DNA from: a virus
Lineage: Duplodnaviria; Caudoviricetes
Reading direction: 5' to 3' (one strand)
Virus record (IMG/VR): IMGVR_UViG_3300021256_000066
Coordinates: 1-64,000 of that record
DNA length: 64,000 nucleotides
Both the position numbers and the translations under genes were made by a program. This document shows positions 8,457 to 16,161 of this stretch, piece after piece; position 1 is the stretch's first letter, and the number at the start of each line of letters is the position of its first letter. The notes under the pieces were generated by a model, which was given only the letters and a program-made list of their open reading frames with translations, was not told the DNA's origin and ran no database searches.

Positions 8457-9684
8457 ATGAAACTGACATTCAAGAATCTGCTCCGCGACCTCTATGTGGC
8501 ACTTGCCGACGCCCGCCGCCACAAGCGCAGGATGTCGTATGTCAGGAAGTTCCATCTGGCGCTGAAGACGAATATCATGCTGCTGTGCATGGCGCTATGG
8601 CTGCGCTCCTATGCGCCGCTGCCGTCGAAGTGCTTCATCGTGGACCGTCCGAAGAAGCGGGAGATCTACGCCGCGCAGTTTCCCGGACAGGATAGTGCAT
8701 CACCTCTACTACAACTACACGCACGAGCTCTACGAGGCGACGTTCATACGCGACTCGTACTCCTGCATCAAGAATCGCGGCACGCTCGACGGTGTGCTGC
8801 GCCTCTCGGAGCATATCCGCAAGGAGTCGCAGAACTGGACGCGGGAATGCTATGTGCTGAAACTCGACATACGAGGGTATTTTATGCACATCAACAGGCA
8901 GCGTCTGTTGGAGATATGTCTCGATACGCTGTCGAAGATGGCCACGCACAAGATGCCGAAGCACCTGCGGCACGGCAACGTGGTGACGTGGGAACAGGCG
9001 CTGGACATGGACTTCGTGAGGTGGCTCACGGAAGTCATCGTCATGCTCAACCCGCGCGACAACTGCATCATCTGCGGCAGCGAGGCGGACTGGATAGGAC
9101 TCGATCCGGCCAAGTCGATGCGGTGGCTGGAGGAAGGACTCGGACTGCCCATCGGCAACCTGACGAGCCAGCTGTTCTCGAACGTCTATCTCAACGTGCT
9201 CGACCAGTTCATGAAGCGGGTATTGAAATGCCGTCACTACGGCAGGTACGTGGACGACTTCTTCGTCGTGAGCTGCGACCGCGAGTGGCTGCTGTCGCTG
9301 GTGCCACGCATCAGACGGTTCCTGAAGGTGGAACTTGGTCTCGACCTGCACATGGGCAAGGTGCGCATCTGCCGTGCCAGTCAGGGCGTGGAGTTCCTAG
9401 GGGCCTACATCAAGCCATTCCGCATCTACACCTCGAACGCCACGAAGGAGCGGATACTGCAGAACCTGTCGGAGATGGACTTCACCGACCGCGAGGCGGT
9501 AGGCAGGACGGTCAACTCCTACCTGGGCATCATGTCGAAGACCGCCTCCTACAACCTGCGCCGGGAGTTGTTCTTCCGCAAGGAGTTCCTGCGCATAGGC
9601 TCGTTCGACGAGCGGATGACGAAGTTCACGCCGCACGGCCATCGTACCAGGCGGCTGCATAGACATCAACAACACCATTTATAA
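8457..9684 (+). CDS. DGR reverse transcriptase, split by a +1 frameshift at TTTCCC (8679..8684)
   Basis: N-part MKLTFKNLL..PKKREIYAAQF is in the frame of 8457. C-part PDRIVHH, LKLDIRGYF, GLPIGNLTSQLFSNVYL (DGR-type IGxxxSQ) and YVDD is in the frame of ORF 8611..9684. Confidence 0.92.
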
Positions 9685-9704
9685 ACAATTAAAACGTTTT
9701 GATT

Positions 9705-10268
9705 ATGAACAAGATTTATGGACAGAAGAGCGACTACGCGCCAGTGAAGCGCGAGGGTACGCAGATTATCGTAAGCTACGGCTACGAGGCAATCGACAAG
9801 AATGAAGGGACGTGGTATGAGGTATCGCTGCCTGCGGCAAAATACCCGCTGCTGTCTTTGCAAGACGTTAAAAATGCCATCTTAGATGACATCAATGCCA
9901 GAACCGATGAGAAGATTCTTTTCGGCTACGAGTGGACTGTGCTGCATGGAGACGATGCGGGAAAGACTGTGAAGGTATGGCTGTCGGCAGAGAATAAGGA
10001 GAACTACAAGGCCAAGTACGATACGGCCAAGGACGATCCTGAACTCATCACGTGGCCCTCTAAGTTCAAGGTGTCAGAGAACGACGACCTGACTCCCGTC
10101 TATGAGTATTTTGCCAACGTCGCCGAGCTGAAGGCATTCTACTACGGTGGTCTGAACTACATCGAGCAGACTGTGAATGCAGGTTGGGCAGAGAAGGATG
10201 CCATCGACTGGACGCCTTATGAGGCATTGTTCCCGCAGCAGGAACAGTCAAACGCTACCGAGCAATAG
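9705..10268 (+). CDS. Hypothetical protein, possibly a tail-fibre chaperone
   Basis: GATT-ATG start; follows the DGR in the tail module. Function inferred from position only. Confidence 0.65.
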   Translation: MNKIYGQKSDYAPVKREGTQIIVSYGYEAIDKNEGTWYEVSLPAAKYPLLSLQDVKNAILDDINARTDEKILFGYEWTVLHGDDAGKTVKVWLSAENKENYKAKYDTAKDDPELITWPSKFKVSENDDLTPVYEYFANVAELKAFYYGGLNYIEQTVNAGWAEKDAIDWTPYEALFPQQEQSNATEQ

Positions 10269-10271
10269 CCT

Positions 10272-10772
10272 ATGATAGCGATGACTATTCTTTCTATCCT
10301 CTTGGCGGTGGCCTTCGCGGGCGCCGCCATCTGGAGACTGAAGGCCCTGCCCGACAGCATCTCTGCGATGGTGTATGCGCTGCCCGAGGGCGGCTGGAGG
10401 TGGCTGTGGTCGGCATGGCTCGTCCTGGTGGGCATACTGACCTTTGCCCCCGTCGTGGAGATACTCGACGGGCGCGGGCTTGGCATCCTCGGCTTCCTGC
10501 CGATGGCGATGCTGATGTTCGTGGCTGTATGGCCTATCTTCGACCGTGAACACTACCGATGGCATAATATCCTCAGTACCGCGGTCGCCGTCATCAGCCA
10601 GGTAGATATATGGTTCATCTGCCCATACTGGCTCCTCTTGTGGCTGTTGATGGTGGCCGCTGTGTTCATGAAAGGCTTATGTCATACAGGAACTTACTTC
10701 GGCGGCAAGGGCATACTCATCGCCGAGGTTGTATGCTATGTCGTACTGATATTGGCAGCGTCATTCGGTTAG
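10272..10772 (+). CDS. Multi-pass membrane protein
   Basis: 166 aa with about 5 hydrophobic segments. Confidence 0.7.
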   Translation: MIAMTILSILLAVAFAGAAIWRLKALPDSISAMVYALPEGGWRWLWSAWLVLVGILTFAPVVEILDGRGLGILGFLPMAMLMFVAVWPIFDREHYRWHNILSTAVAVISQVDIWFICPYWLLLWLLMVAAVFMKGLCHTGTYFGGKGILIAEVVCYVVLILAASFG

Positions 10773-10893
10773 AAAAGAAAAAAAAGAAAGTCCCCGCCGG
10801 CCATTCATTATTTTTGGCGATTTAATGAATGTATTACCAGGCCGACGAGGGACTATAAATCCTTGTTGGTAATACATTATAATATAAATCGCC
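10773..10893 (-). ncRNA. Candidate structured small RNA
   Basis: Minus-strand TATTTTTG box at 10898..10905, nested long stems and a terminal U-rich tail. Confidence 0.4.
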
Positions 10894-10894
10894 G

Positions 10895-11176
10895 ATGCAA
10901 AAATACAACAAAAATAAAGAAAACAGTCCTCAAGATTGCGGATTAACTGTTTATTCTGCCCTAAAACTTAATATAAATCAAGTAAAAATGATGTCAGATT
11001 ATGACATCCCGCCACATTATTACAAGTACATCCCGCTTTTCGAGAATTACATTGATTTACGGGCTCACGGCTATAAGATGGCTTACATTTTAACCAAGCT
11101 CGTAGAGGACTACAACGTCAGCGAAAGTACCGTAAAGCGTGTAATAAAGGCACTTTCGCAAAGGGTCACGTTGTGA
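10895..11176 (+). CDS. Small helix-turn-helix protein (start uncertain, possibly 10988)
   Basis: C-terminal LVEDYNVSESTVKRVIK HTH pattern. Confidence 0.6.
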   Translation: MQKYNKNKENSPQDCGLTVYSALKLNINQVKMMSDYDIPPHYYKYIPLFENYIDLRAHGYKMAYILTKLVEDYNVSESTVKRVIKALSQRVTL

Positions 11177-11197
11177 ACCTTTGTTCGTGCTGAAATT

Positions 11198-11229
11198 TTT
11201 GGAGTCTAAGTTTTTTGTGGGTAAATTTG
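11198..11229 (+). promoter_or_regulatory. Host-type (sigmaA) promoter TTTG...TAAATTTG
   Basis: Matches the Bacteroidota -33/-7 consensus upstream of the 11.3-15 kb operon. Confidence 0.55.
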
Positions 11230-11299
11230 CGGTGGATATCCGAAAGGATTTCCGCTACAATTCACTTTATTTATTAACAACACAAAAAACATCAAGATT

Positions 11300-11869
11300 A
11301 TGGCATTAGAGATGAATGATTTGATGATGCTCCGTGGGATGGACTCCAAGGAAGGTCTGTCGCCCTATGAGCAGGTGAAGCTCGACCACATGACTGCACG
11401 CAACCACACCAGTGGTATCGGAGTTGCAGGACTTGTTCTCGGTACTGTTGGCACGGCAGTTGGCGTAGGCGCATGGCTGTTTGGTGGTATGTACGGCAAT
11501 GCCAAGGCCAACCAGGCCAAGGAGGTTGCTCTCGCCGCCAAGGAGATTGCAACCCTGCAGAACGGTGCAACGCAGCGCCAACTCGATCAGTTGACACAGC
11601 TGTTTGCCGCTGAGCGTCAGGAGCGCATCGCTGGCGACCAGACCATCACGCAGACTGTCACCGACACCGTAAGCGGTAGCCAGTCTGGTCAGTTGACCGC
11701 TCTCCAGCAGGCAGAGCTTGCCGCTTCGCAGGCTACGCAGCAGGTGATGACGCAAGCCTATAGCGACTTCGTCACTGGTCGCGCAAGCCTGAATCCGACT
11801 CCCGTCAGCCTGTACTCGGCTCCACAGCCTTGTGCTTGTCCTGCCAGCGGTTGCGGTTGCGGTGCGTAA
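11300..11869 (+). CDS. Hypothetical protein: Gly-rich hydrophobic segment, coiled coil, Cys-rich tail
   Basis: GIGVAGLVLGTVGTAVGVG; ends CACPASGCGCGA. Confidence 0.8.
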   Translation: MALEMNDLMMLRGMDSKEGLSPYEQVKLDHMTARNHTSGIGVAGLVLGTVGTAVGVGAWLFGGMYGNAKANQAKEVALAAKEIATLQNGATQRQLDQLTQLFAAERQERIAGDQTITQTVTDTVSGSQSGQLTALQQAELAASQATQQVMTQAYSDFVTGRASLNPTPVSLYSAPQPCACPASGCGCGA

Positions 11870-11878
11870 AGGTTTCTT

Positions 11879-11912
11879 GTAGGCGGCGGTTTTGCCGCTG
11901 CCTACTTCCTTT
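11879..11912 (+). terminator. Hairpin (terminator or processing site)
   Basis: GTAGGCGGCGG-TTTT-GCCGCTGCCTAC followed by a pyrimidine run. Confidence 0.45.
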
Positions 11913-11935
11913 CCCAAATTTCACGGCAATATGAT

Positions 11936-12301
11936 ATGTTTGGATATGGTAAACGAAAACGACGTATGCAGATGGTACAACAGGGATTAAGGGCGACGAG
12001 CAAGAGCAGTCTGAAACTGCAATGTCTCTTCTGTGCAAAGGGCGACCTGAAGGAGGCGAAGGAACTTTATGACTTCTTTGCAAGCGACATGCCCGACCTG
12101 CCCGACCAAGACCCCGTGCCGCCCACTTGGCAGCAGAACACGGCACAGACCATCAACGGTATCATGGACTGGGTGAAGGAGAACCAGGGGACGCTGGCGC
12201 AGGCTTACGACTTCATAGCGGGCATCGTCAGAAAGCGGGGCATACCGCCAACGGCTGCGCCCGAACCGCCTGCCGCACCGCTGCCGCCCATCAATCAGTA
12301 A
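11936..12301 (+). CDS. Hypothetical protein with Pro-rich C-terminus
   Basis: 121-aa ORF in operon. Confidence 0.7.
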   Translation: MFGYGKRKRRMQMVQQGLRATSKSSLKLQCLFCAKGDLKEAKELYDFFASDMPDLPDQDPVPPTWQQNTAQTINGIMDWVKENQGTLAQAYDFIAGIVRKRGIPPTAAPEPPAAPLPPINQ

Positions 12302-12319
12302 CAACTAATTCACGGCATT

Positions 12320-12562
12320 ATGAATGAACAGAATCAACAGCAGGGGCAGGAGACGCCGCTCGGCGTGTACCCCATCAGTTTTGAGATTTATGCGCACAGT
12401 CCGCAGGAGGCTGAGGACGCTCGTATGGCTATCATTGCTTTCATCGGCCTGCATGCCCGGCAGGGTCGGGCGGTCACGGGCGAGAAAATCGCCAAGGCCG
12501 TCGCCAACTGGGACAAGAACCCGATTGTAAGGTCAAAAGTTATCCGATACTTTGAAGAGTAG
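12320..12562 (+). CDS. Hypothetical protein
   Basis: 80-aa ORF, CATT-ATG start. Confidence 0.7.
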   Translation: MNEQNQQQGQETPLGVYPISFEIYAHSPQEAEDARMAIIAFIGLHARQGRAVTGEKIAKAVANWDKNPIVRSKVIRYFEE

Positions 12563-12629
12563 AAAGAATTGGAAAGTATTGGCAATATTTGCAAAGAATA
12601 GTAAGAATTATCAAGAAATAGCAAGGATT

Positions 12630-12956
12630 ATGGAACAGAATCAGAATCAGCAGAGCGGGCAGTTCAAGTGTCCAGGCAACTGTCTGCAGTGCCTGCCCGC
12701 ACAACGCCAGTATTGTGCTTCGCAGCACGCCTACTCGAACATGAAGGTGCTCGACAAAATCATGGAGACGCTGCTCGGCATGAAGAGTCAGATAGACGCG
12801 ATGCAGGGCACCGTCGGCGAACTATCGGCGAGGATCGAGGCTATCCAGAACGGCGAGGCTGCCGTGTTCGACCCCAATGGCGAGGGCGAGCTCTTCCCGA
12901 AGGAGTTTGCCGTATCGGAGCCAGCAACCGATGCACCTGCAGAGGCTGCGAAATAA
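12630..12956 (+). CDS. Hypothetical protein with CxxxCxxC...C cluster and coiled coil
   Basis: GATT-ATG at 12630; KCPGNCLQCLPAQRQYC. Confidence 0.7.
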   Translation: MEQNQNQQSGQFKCPGNCLQCLPAQRQYCASQHAYSNMKVLDKIMETLLGMKSQIDAMQGTVGELSARIEAIQNGEAAVFDPNGEGELFPKEFAVSEPATDAPAEAAK

Positions 12957-13075
12957 GCCCTGGGAAGTTGGTCTGTCAACTTACCTGGTGACGGTTTATC
13001 GACAAGATACAGCGCAATAAGGGTAGCGGCGCATCCAAAGGCTCCCAAGATAATCAACACAAAAACTAAAGTATT

Positions 13076-13549
13076 ATGGCAAACTGTAACTGCAAGAACG
13101 GACAGGACGTACTCGACTTCCTGACTTCCGTACCAGGCGGCACCGCTGCCAACGCAACGTATCAACTGGGACTGACCCACTACACCTGTGGAAACCGAAA
13201 GATGCTTGTGGCTGACCCGACGCATCCCGTCATCTCGCAGCTGACGGCCACGCCTGTAGGCTCGCCCATCGACCTGGGCAACGGGACCTTCTGCCAGGAG
13301 TGCCAGATTGCGGGCACCGTCACCTACAAGCCCTGCAACTCGTGCTCGCCTCAGACCGAGTATGTCAGCCAGCGCGTCTGCCTGCCGTGCTCGTCGGCCG
13401 TGTCGCCCACGCTCGCCATCGGCACGGTGGCCGCCTCGCCCAAGCCCATCACGTATTATCAGAACAACGGCTGCGGATGCTGCCAGGGTACTTACCCATG
13501 CACCAACCGCATCGCCATCACCACGTCGATTAACGTGACAACGGCATGA
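13076..13549 (+). CDS. Cysteine-rich beta-strand protein
   Basis: 157 aa; CNC, CQEC, CNSC, CLPC and GCGCC motifs. Confidence 0.8.
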   Translation: MANCNCKNGQDVLDFLTSVPGGTAANATYQLGLTHYTCGNRKMLVADPTHPVISQLTATPVGSPIDLGNGTFCQECQIAGTVTYKPCNSCSPQTEYVSQRVCLPCSSAVSPTLAIGTVAASPKPITYYQNNGCGCCQGTYPCTNRIAITTSINVTTA

Positions 13550-13917
13550 ACTGGCCCGACGTACTGATGATTGTCTTCTCTGCGACGGCCGCCAACCATC
13601 TCGGTCTGGTGGCTGCCGCAGAGAGCGTCGTCCGTCACCGTCTGCCAGTCCTGAACTGTCCCAAGTGCGCGGCGTTCTGGAGCGTGATAGTGTACGGAGT
13701 GGCGGTAGCAAATTTTTCACTGTTCACTCTTCACTTTTCACTCCAAATCCTCGCCGTCGCCTTTCTCTCCTCATGGTCAGCCGTCTGGCTCGACCTTCTT
13801 ATGGGAATTATCGACCAACTATACATAAAGCTCTATGACAAGATTTATCCAACAACAGATACCACCGACGCCGATGCGCTCGATACCGCAGACCCCGTGT
13901 CCGATGTGTCCGAGTAG
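13546..13917 (+). CDS. Membrane protein with CPxC..W motif (DUF1360-like)
   Basis: ATGA overlap with the upstream gene; LNCPKCAAFW followed by hydrophobic helices. Confidence 0.65.
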   Translation: MNWPDVLMIVFSATAANHLGLVAAAESVVRHRLPVLNCPKCAAFWSVIVYGVAVANFSLFTLHFSLQILAVAFLSSWSAVWLDLLMGIIDQLYIKLYDKIYPTTDTTDADALDTADPVSDVSE

Positions 13918-14008
13918 CGTCCAGTCTGCTGTGCCACAGCAGCCAAAATCCGAAACAATATCGGAAAAGGCACCGAAACCGATGCCTAAACGTCAAAATA
14001 AGAAATAA
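13835..14008 (+). CDS. Possible 57-aa Pro-rich peptide (MTRFIQQQ...CPMCP...)
   Basis: Open frame with a CxxC motif overlapping the low-complexity tail of the previous gene. Confidence 0.35.
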   Translation: MTRFIQQQIPPTPMRSIPQTPCPMCPSSVQSAVPQQPKSETISEKAPKPMPKRQNKK

Positions 14009-14044
14009 AAATCGCCGATTTTTGCTTATTTCGACGAAAACGTA

Positions 14045-14130
14045 AAAATAAGCAGGTTCTGGCGTGCTTAATGTATCACCAAATAAGAAAATAAGCAGGT
14101 TCTGGCGTGCTTAATGTATCACCAAATAAG
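14045..14130 (+). repeat. Perfect 43-bp tandem duplication
   Basis: AAAATAAGCAGGTTCTGGCGTGCTTAATGTATCACCAAATAAG twice (14045..14087, 14088..14130). Confidence 0.95.
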
Positions 14131-14138
14131 AAAATAAG

Positions 14139-14642
14139 ATGACAACACCACAAGAAATGAAGGAGCGTTATATGAGTCTGTACGACTACATGGCGCAGAG
14201 CCGCGACCCGAAGAATATGAAAGCCTTCGGTTGCGTGATGACAGAGATGATGGACTACCTCGTGGCCAACAAGCCAGACGTAGCCGAAGAGATGATCGAC
14301 AAATTGGAGGCAATCAAGTGGCACCAGTATCTCACCCCGAAGGAAGCGGAGAAGATTGTCGCCGGTATGGAACCGAAAGCACCGTGGAGTCGCGAGGTGT
14401 GGAAGAACGCTATGGAGTCGTTCGGACTGCCACTGGAGGAGATGCCAGCCTACAACCGCTGCGCCCTCTGGGTGGAGATGAACAAGATCTACTCCGACTT
14501 CGGCGAAGAGATTGCCGCCATGCTCGGCAAACCGCTGTCAGCATCCGACAAGGATATCATCTCAGCCTGCTACAAGATGGCGCTGAAGAACCTGAAGGAT
14601 AAGGACGGTATATACGACATCCGCAAGTACTTCCTTTGGTAG
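14139..14642 (+). CDS. Helical hypothetical phage protein
   Basis: 167-aa ORF with normal codon usage. Confidence 0.8.
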   Translation: MTTPQEMKERYMSLYDYMAQSRDPKNMKAFGCVMTEMMDYLVANKPDVAEEMIDKLEAIKWHQYLTPKEAEKIVAGMEPKAPWSREVWKNAMESFGLPLEEMPAYNRCALWVEMNKIYSDFGEEIAAMLGKPLSASDKDIISACYKMALKNLKDKDGIYDIRKYFLW

Positions 14643-14684
14643 GTCAAAGTAGGTCAGAGAAGGTCAAAGTAGGTTAAGTTTTGT

Positions 14685-14972
14685 ATGGACTATACCGCTG
14701 CTGCTGATGCACTGATGCGTCGTAAACTCCTGGAGGAAATGTACGACCGCATGACCGACGAGGAGAAGCGCATCTTCGCCATGATGACCATGCAGAACAA
14801 GAGCAACGACGAGATCCTGCGGGCTATTCAGCAGAACCAGCAGCATCTGCAGCGCCTCGTGGAGCACACAGACCGTGACCAGTGGTACAAAGCCTTCGGC
14901 TCCGACGTGGCCGCCAACGTGCTCACCACCTCTGCCTTCTGGCTCCTCGGCAAGCTCTTCGCCAAGCGATAA
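14685..14972 (+). CDS. Hypothetical protein with amphipathic C-terminus
   Basis: 95 aa; ends FGSDVAANVLTTSAFWLLGKLF. Confidence 0.75.
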   Translation: MDYTAAADALMRRKLLEEMYDRMTDEEKRIFAMMTMQNKSNDEILRAIQQNQQHLQRLVEHTDRDQWYKAFGSDVAANVLTTSAFWLLGKLFAKR

Positions 14973-15228
14973 AACTATCCATTCGATATCGCCGTGAATG
15001 GTCGGCGAAGACAGATGACCCGTAAAGGTTGTTTGTCTTCGCCTTTGTCGTTATAAAAACGAAAGTTAATCCGTCTCCTAAAAGAAGTTAAATATAGCGG
15101 TATTCGAAGCGCCCCTTGTGATAGCGAAAAAAATGCCCCCAAAAACAGCCTTTTTCTCATTATCTTTGCAGTGACAAAACAAGAGAATTGCTATCTTCAC
15201 ATACATTATAATATATAAGGAGCAAGAT

Positions 15229-15729
15229 ATGGAATGCAATGAAACGTTTCTCAATGAGGTGACGCACGTCGAGCTGGTTCCGGCTGCGGCGTGCGACCTG
15301 GCCGTACCTTTCAATGTCGGAGACCTGACCGAGACGGTGGGTACGAAACAAGTGAGTGGGCGCACCGTTGACCGCATCGGACAGGCGGTGATGGTGATTG
15401 ACGTGAACGAGGTGGCCGACTATGCGGGCGTGCTCGACTCGGCACCAACACTGAAGGTGACGGAGAAGCCGCAGGCGGCTGGTTATCTGCGTCAGCACGA
15501 CCTGACGATACCGACGCGCGGCGACTACGAGAAAGTGCGCCAGGCACGGGGCAGACTGGCGGGCGTGGATTTCCACGTAGTGCTGCGGACGCTGGCGGGC
15601 ACGCGGTTCCTGCTGTATTCGCTGCCGAACAGCTCTACGGTGAGCGTAGAGGATCAGTTCGGACAGGACTCGAAGCAGACGGTGAAAGTCAGTCTGCAGT
15701 CGATGTCGAGTATGATCCGTCTGACTTAA
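15229..15729 (+). CDS. Hypothetical virion-module protein
   Basis: 166 aa; preceded by TGCCCCC-N20-TATCTTTG (15134..15168). Confidence 0.7.
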   Translation: MECNETFLNEVTHVELVPAAACDLAVPFNVGDLTETVGTKQVSGRTVDRIGQAVMVIDVNEVADYAGVLDSAPTLKVTEKPQAAGYLRQHDLTIPTRGDYEKVRQARGRLAGVDFHVVLRTLAGTRFLLYSLPNSSTVSVEDQFGQDSKQTVKVSLQSMSSMIRLT

Positions 15730-15944
15730 AGAGCCGACGCAAGGGAGCTATACTAATGCGAGGGGATATTACAATTGACATACAATTCTTTTGAATAAAT
15801 CATTTTTTTGTAATTGAAACATTTCGGGTTTGGCCAGTCCGCGAGGATAGGCATCAAACAATCTTTTAAAGTCATAAGGTAATTAACAAAGTAGAATGGC
15901 AGCAGGGCTGGCGCGTGAGCGTCGGCCTTGTTTTGTTTATAGGC

Positions 15945-16039
15945 GCTCGCTTACTCGCGACTCTGACCTGCGGTCGAAATTGCTCACGCTCGGAAATGCT
16001 GATGCGAGCATCGCATTTTGCTCGCTTACTCGCAATTTT
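15945..16039 (-). repeat. GCGAG...CCGAG palindromic repeat element (copy 1 of 5)
   Basis: Same architecture at 43152, 53228, 58887 and 60806. Confidence 0.6.
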
Positions 16040-16071
16040 GCCCTAAAATCGGCTTTTGTGGGCGAAAAAGT

Positions 16072-16104
16072 TGTCCCGAAGAAAACACACGTACTATACC
16101 TTTG
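16072..16104 (+). promoter_or_regulatory. Putative phage late promoter (TGTCCC-N19-TACCTTTG)
   Basis: Recurrent motif. Confidence 0.6.
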
Positions 16105-16161
16105 CCGATGTGGACGCGACGAGCCACGACAGCAAAAATTAAAAATCGAAAAATCAGATTT

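Larger units (their letters stand above)
6204..9684 (+). mobile_element. Diversity-generating retroelement (target-VR, hairpin, accessory gene, TR, RT)
   Basis: 185-bp VR/TR pair differing almost only at TR adenines, next to a DGR-type RT. Confidence 0.95.

Noticed and set aside
8241-9662. 473-aa ORF as a real protein
   Set aside because: It is an off-frame TR reading, then the true RT N-terminus, then an off-frame RT reading caused by the frameshift.
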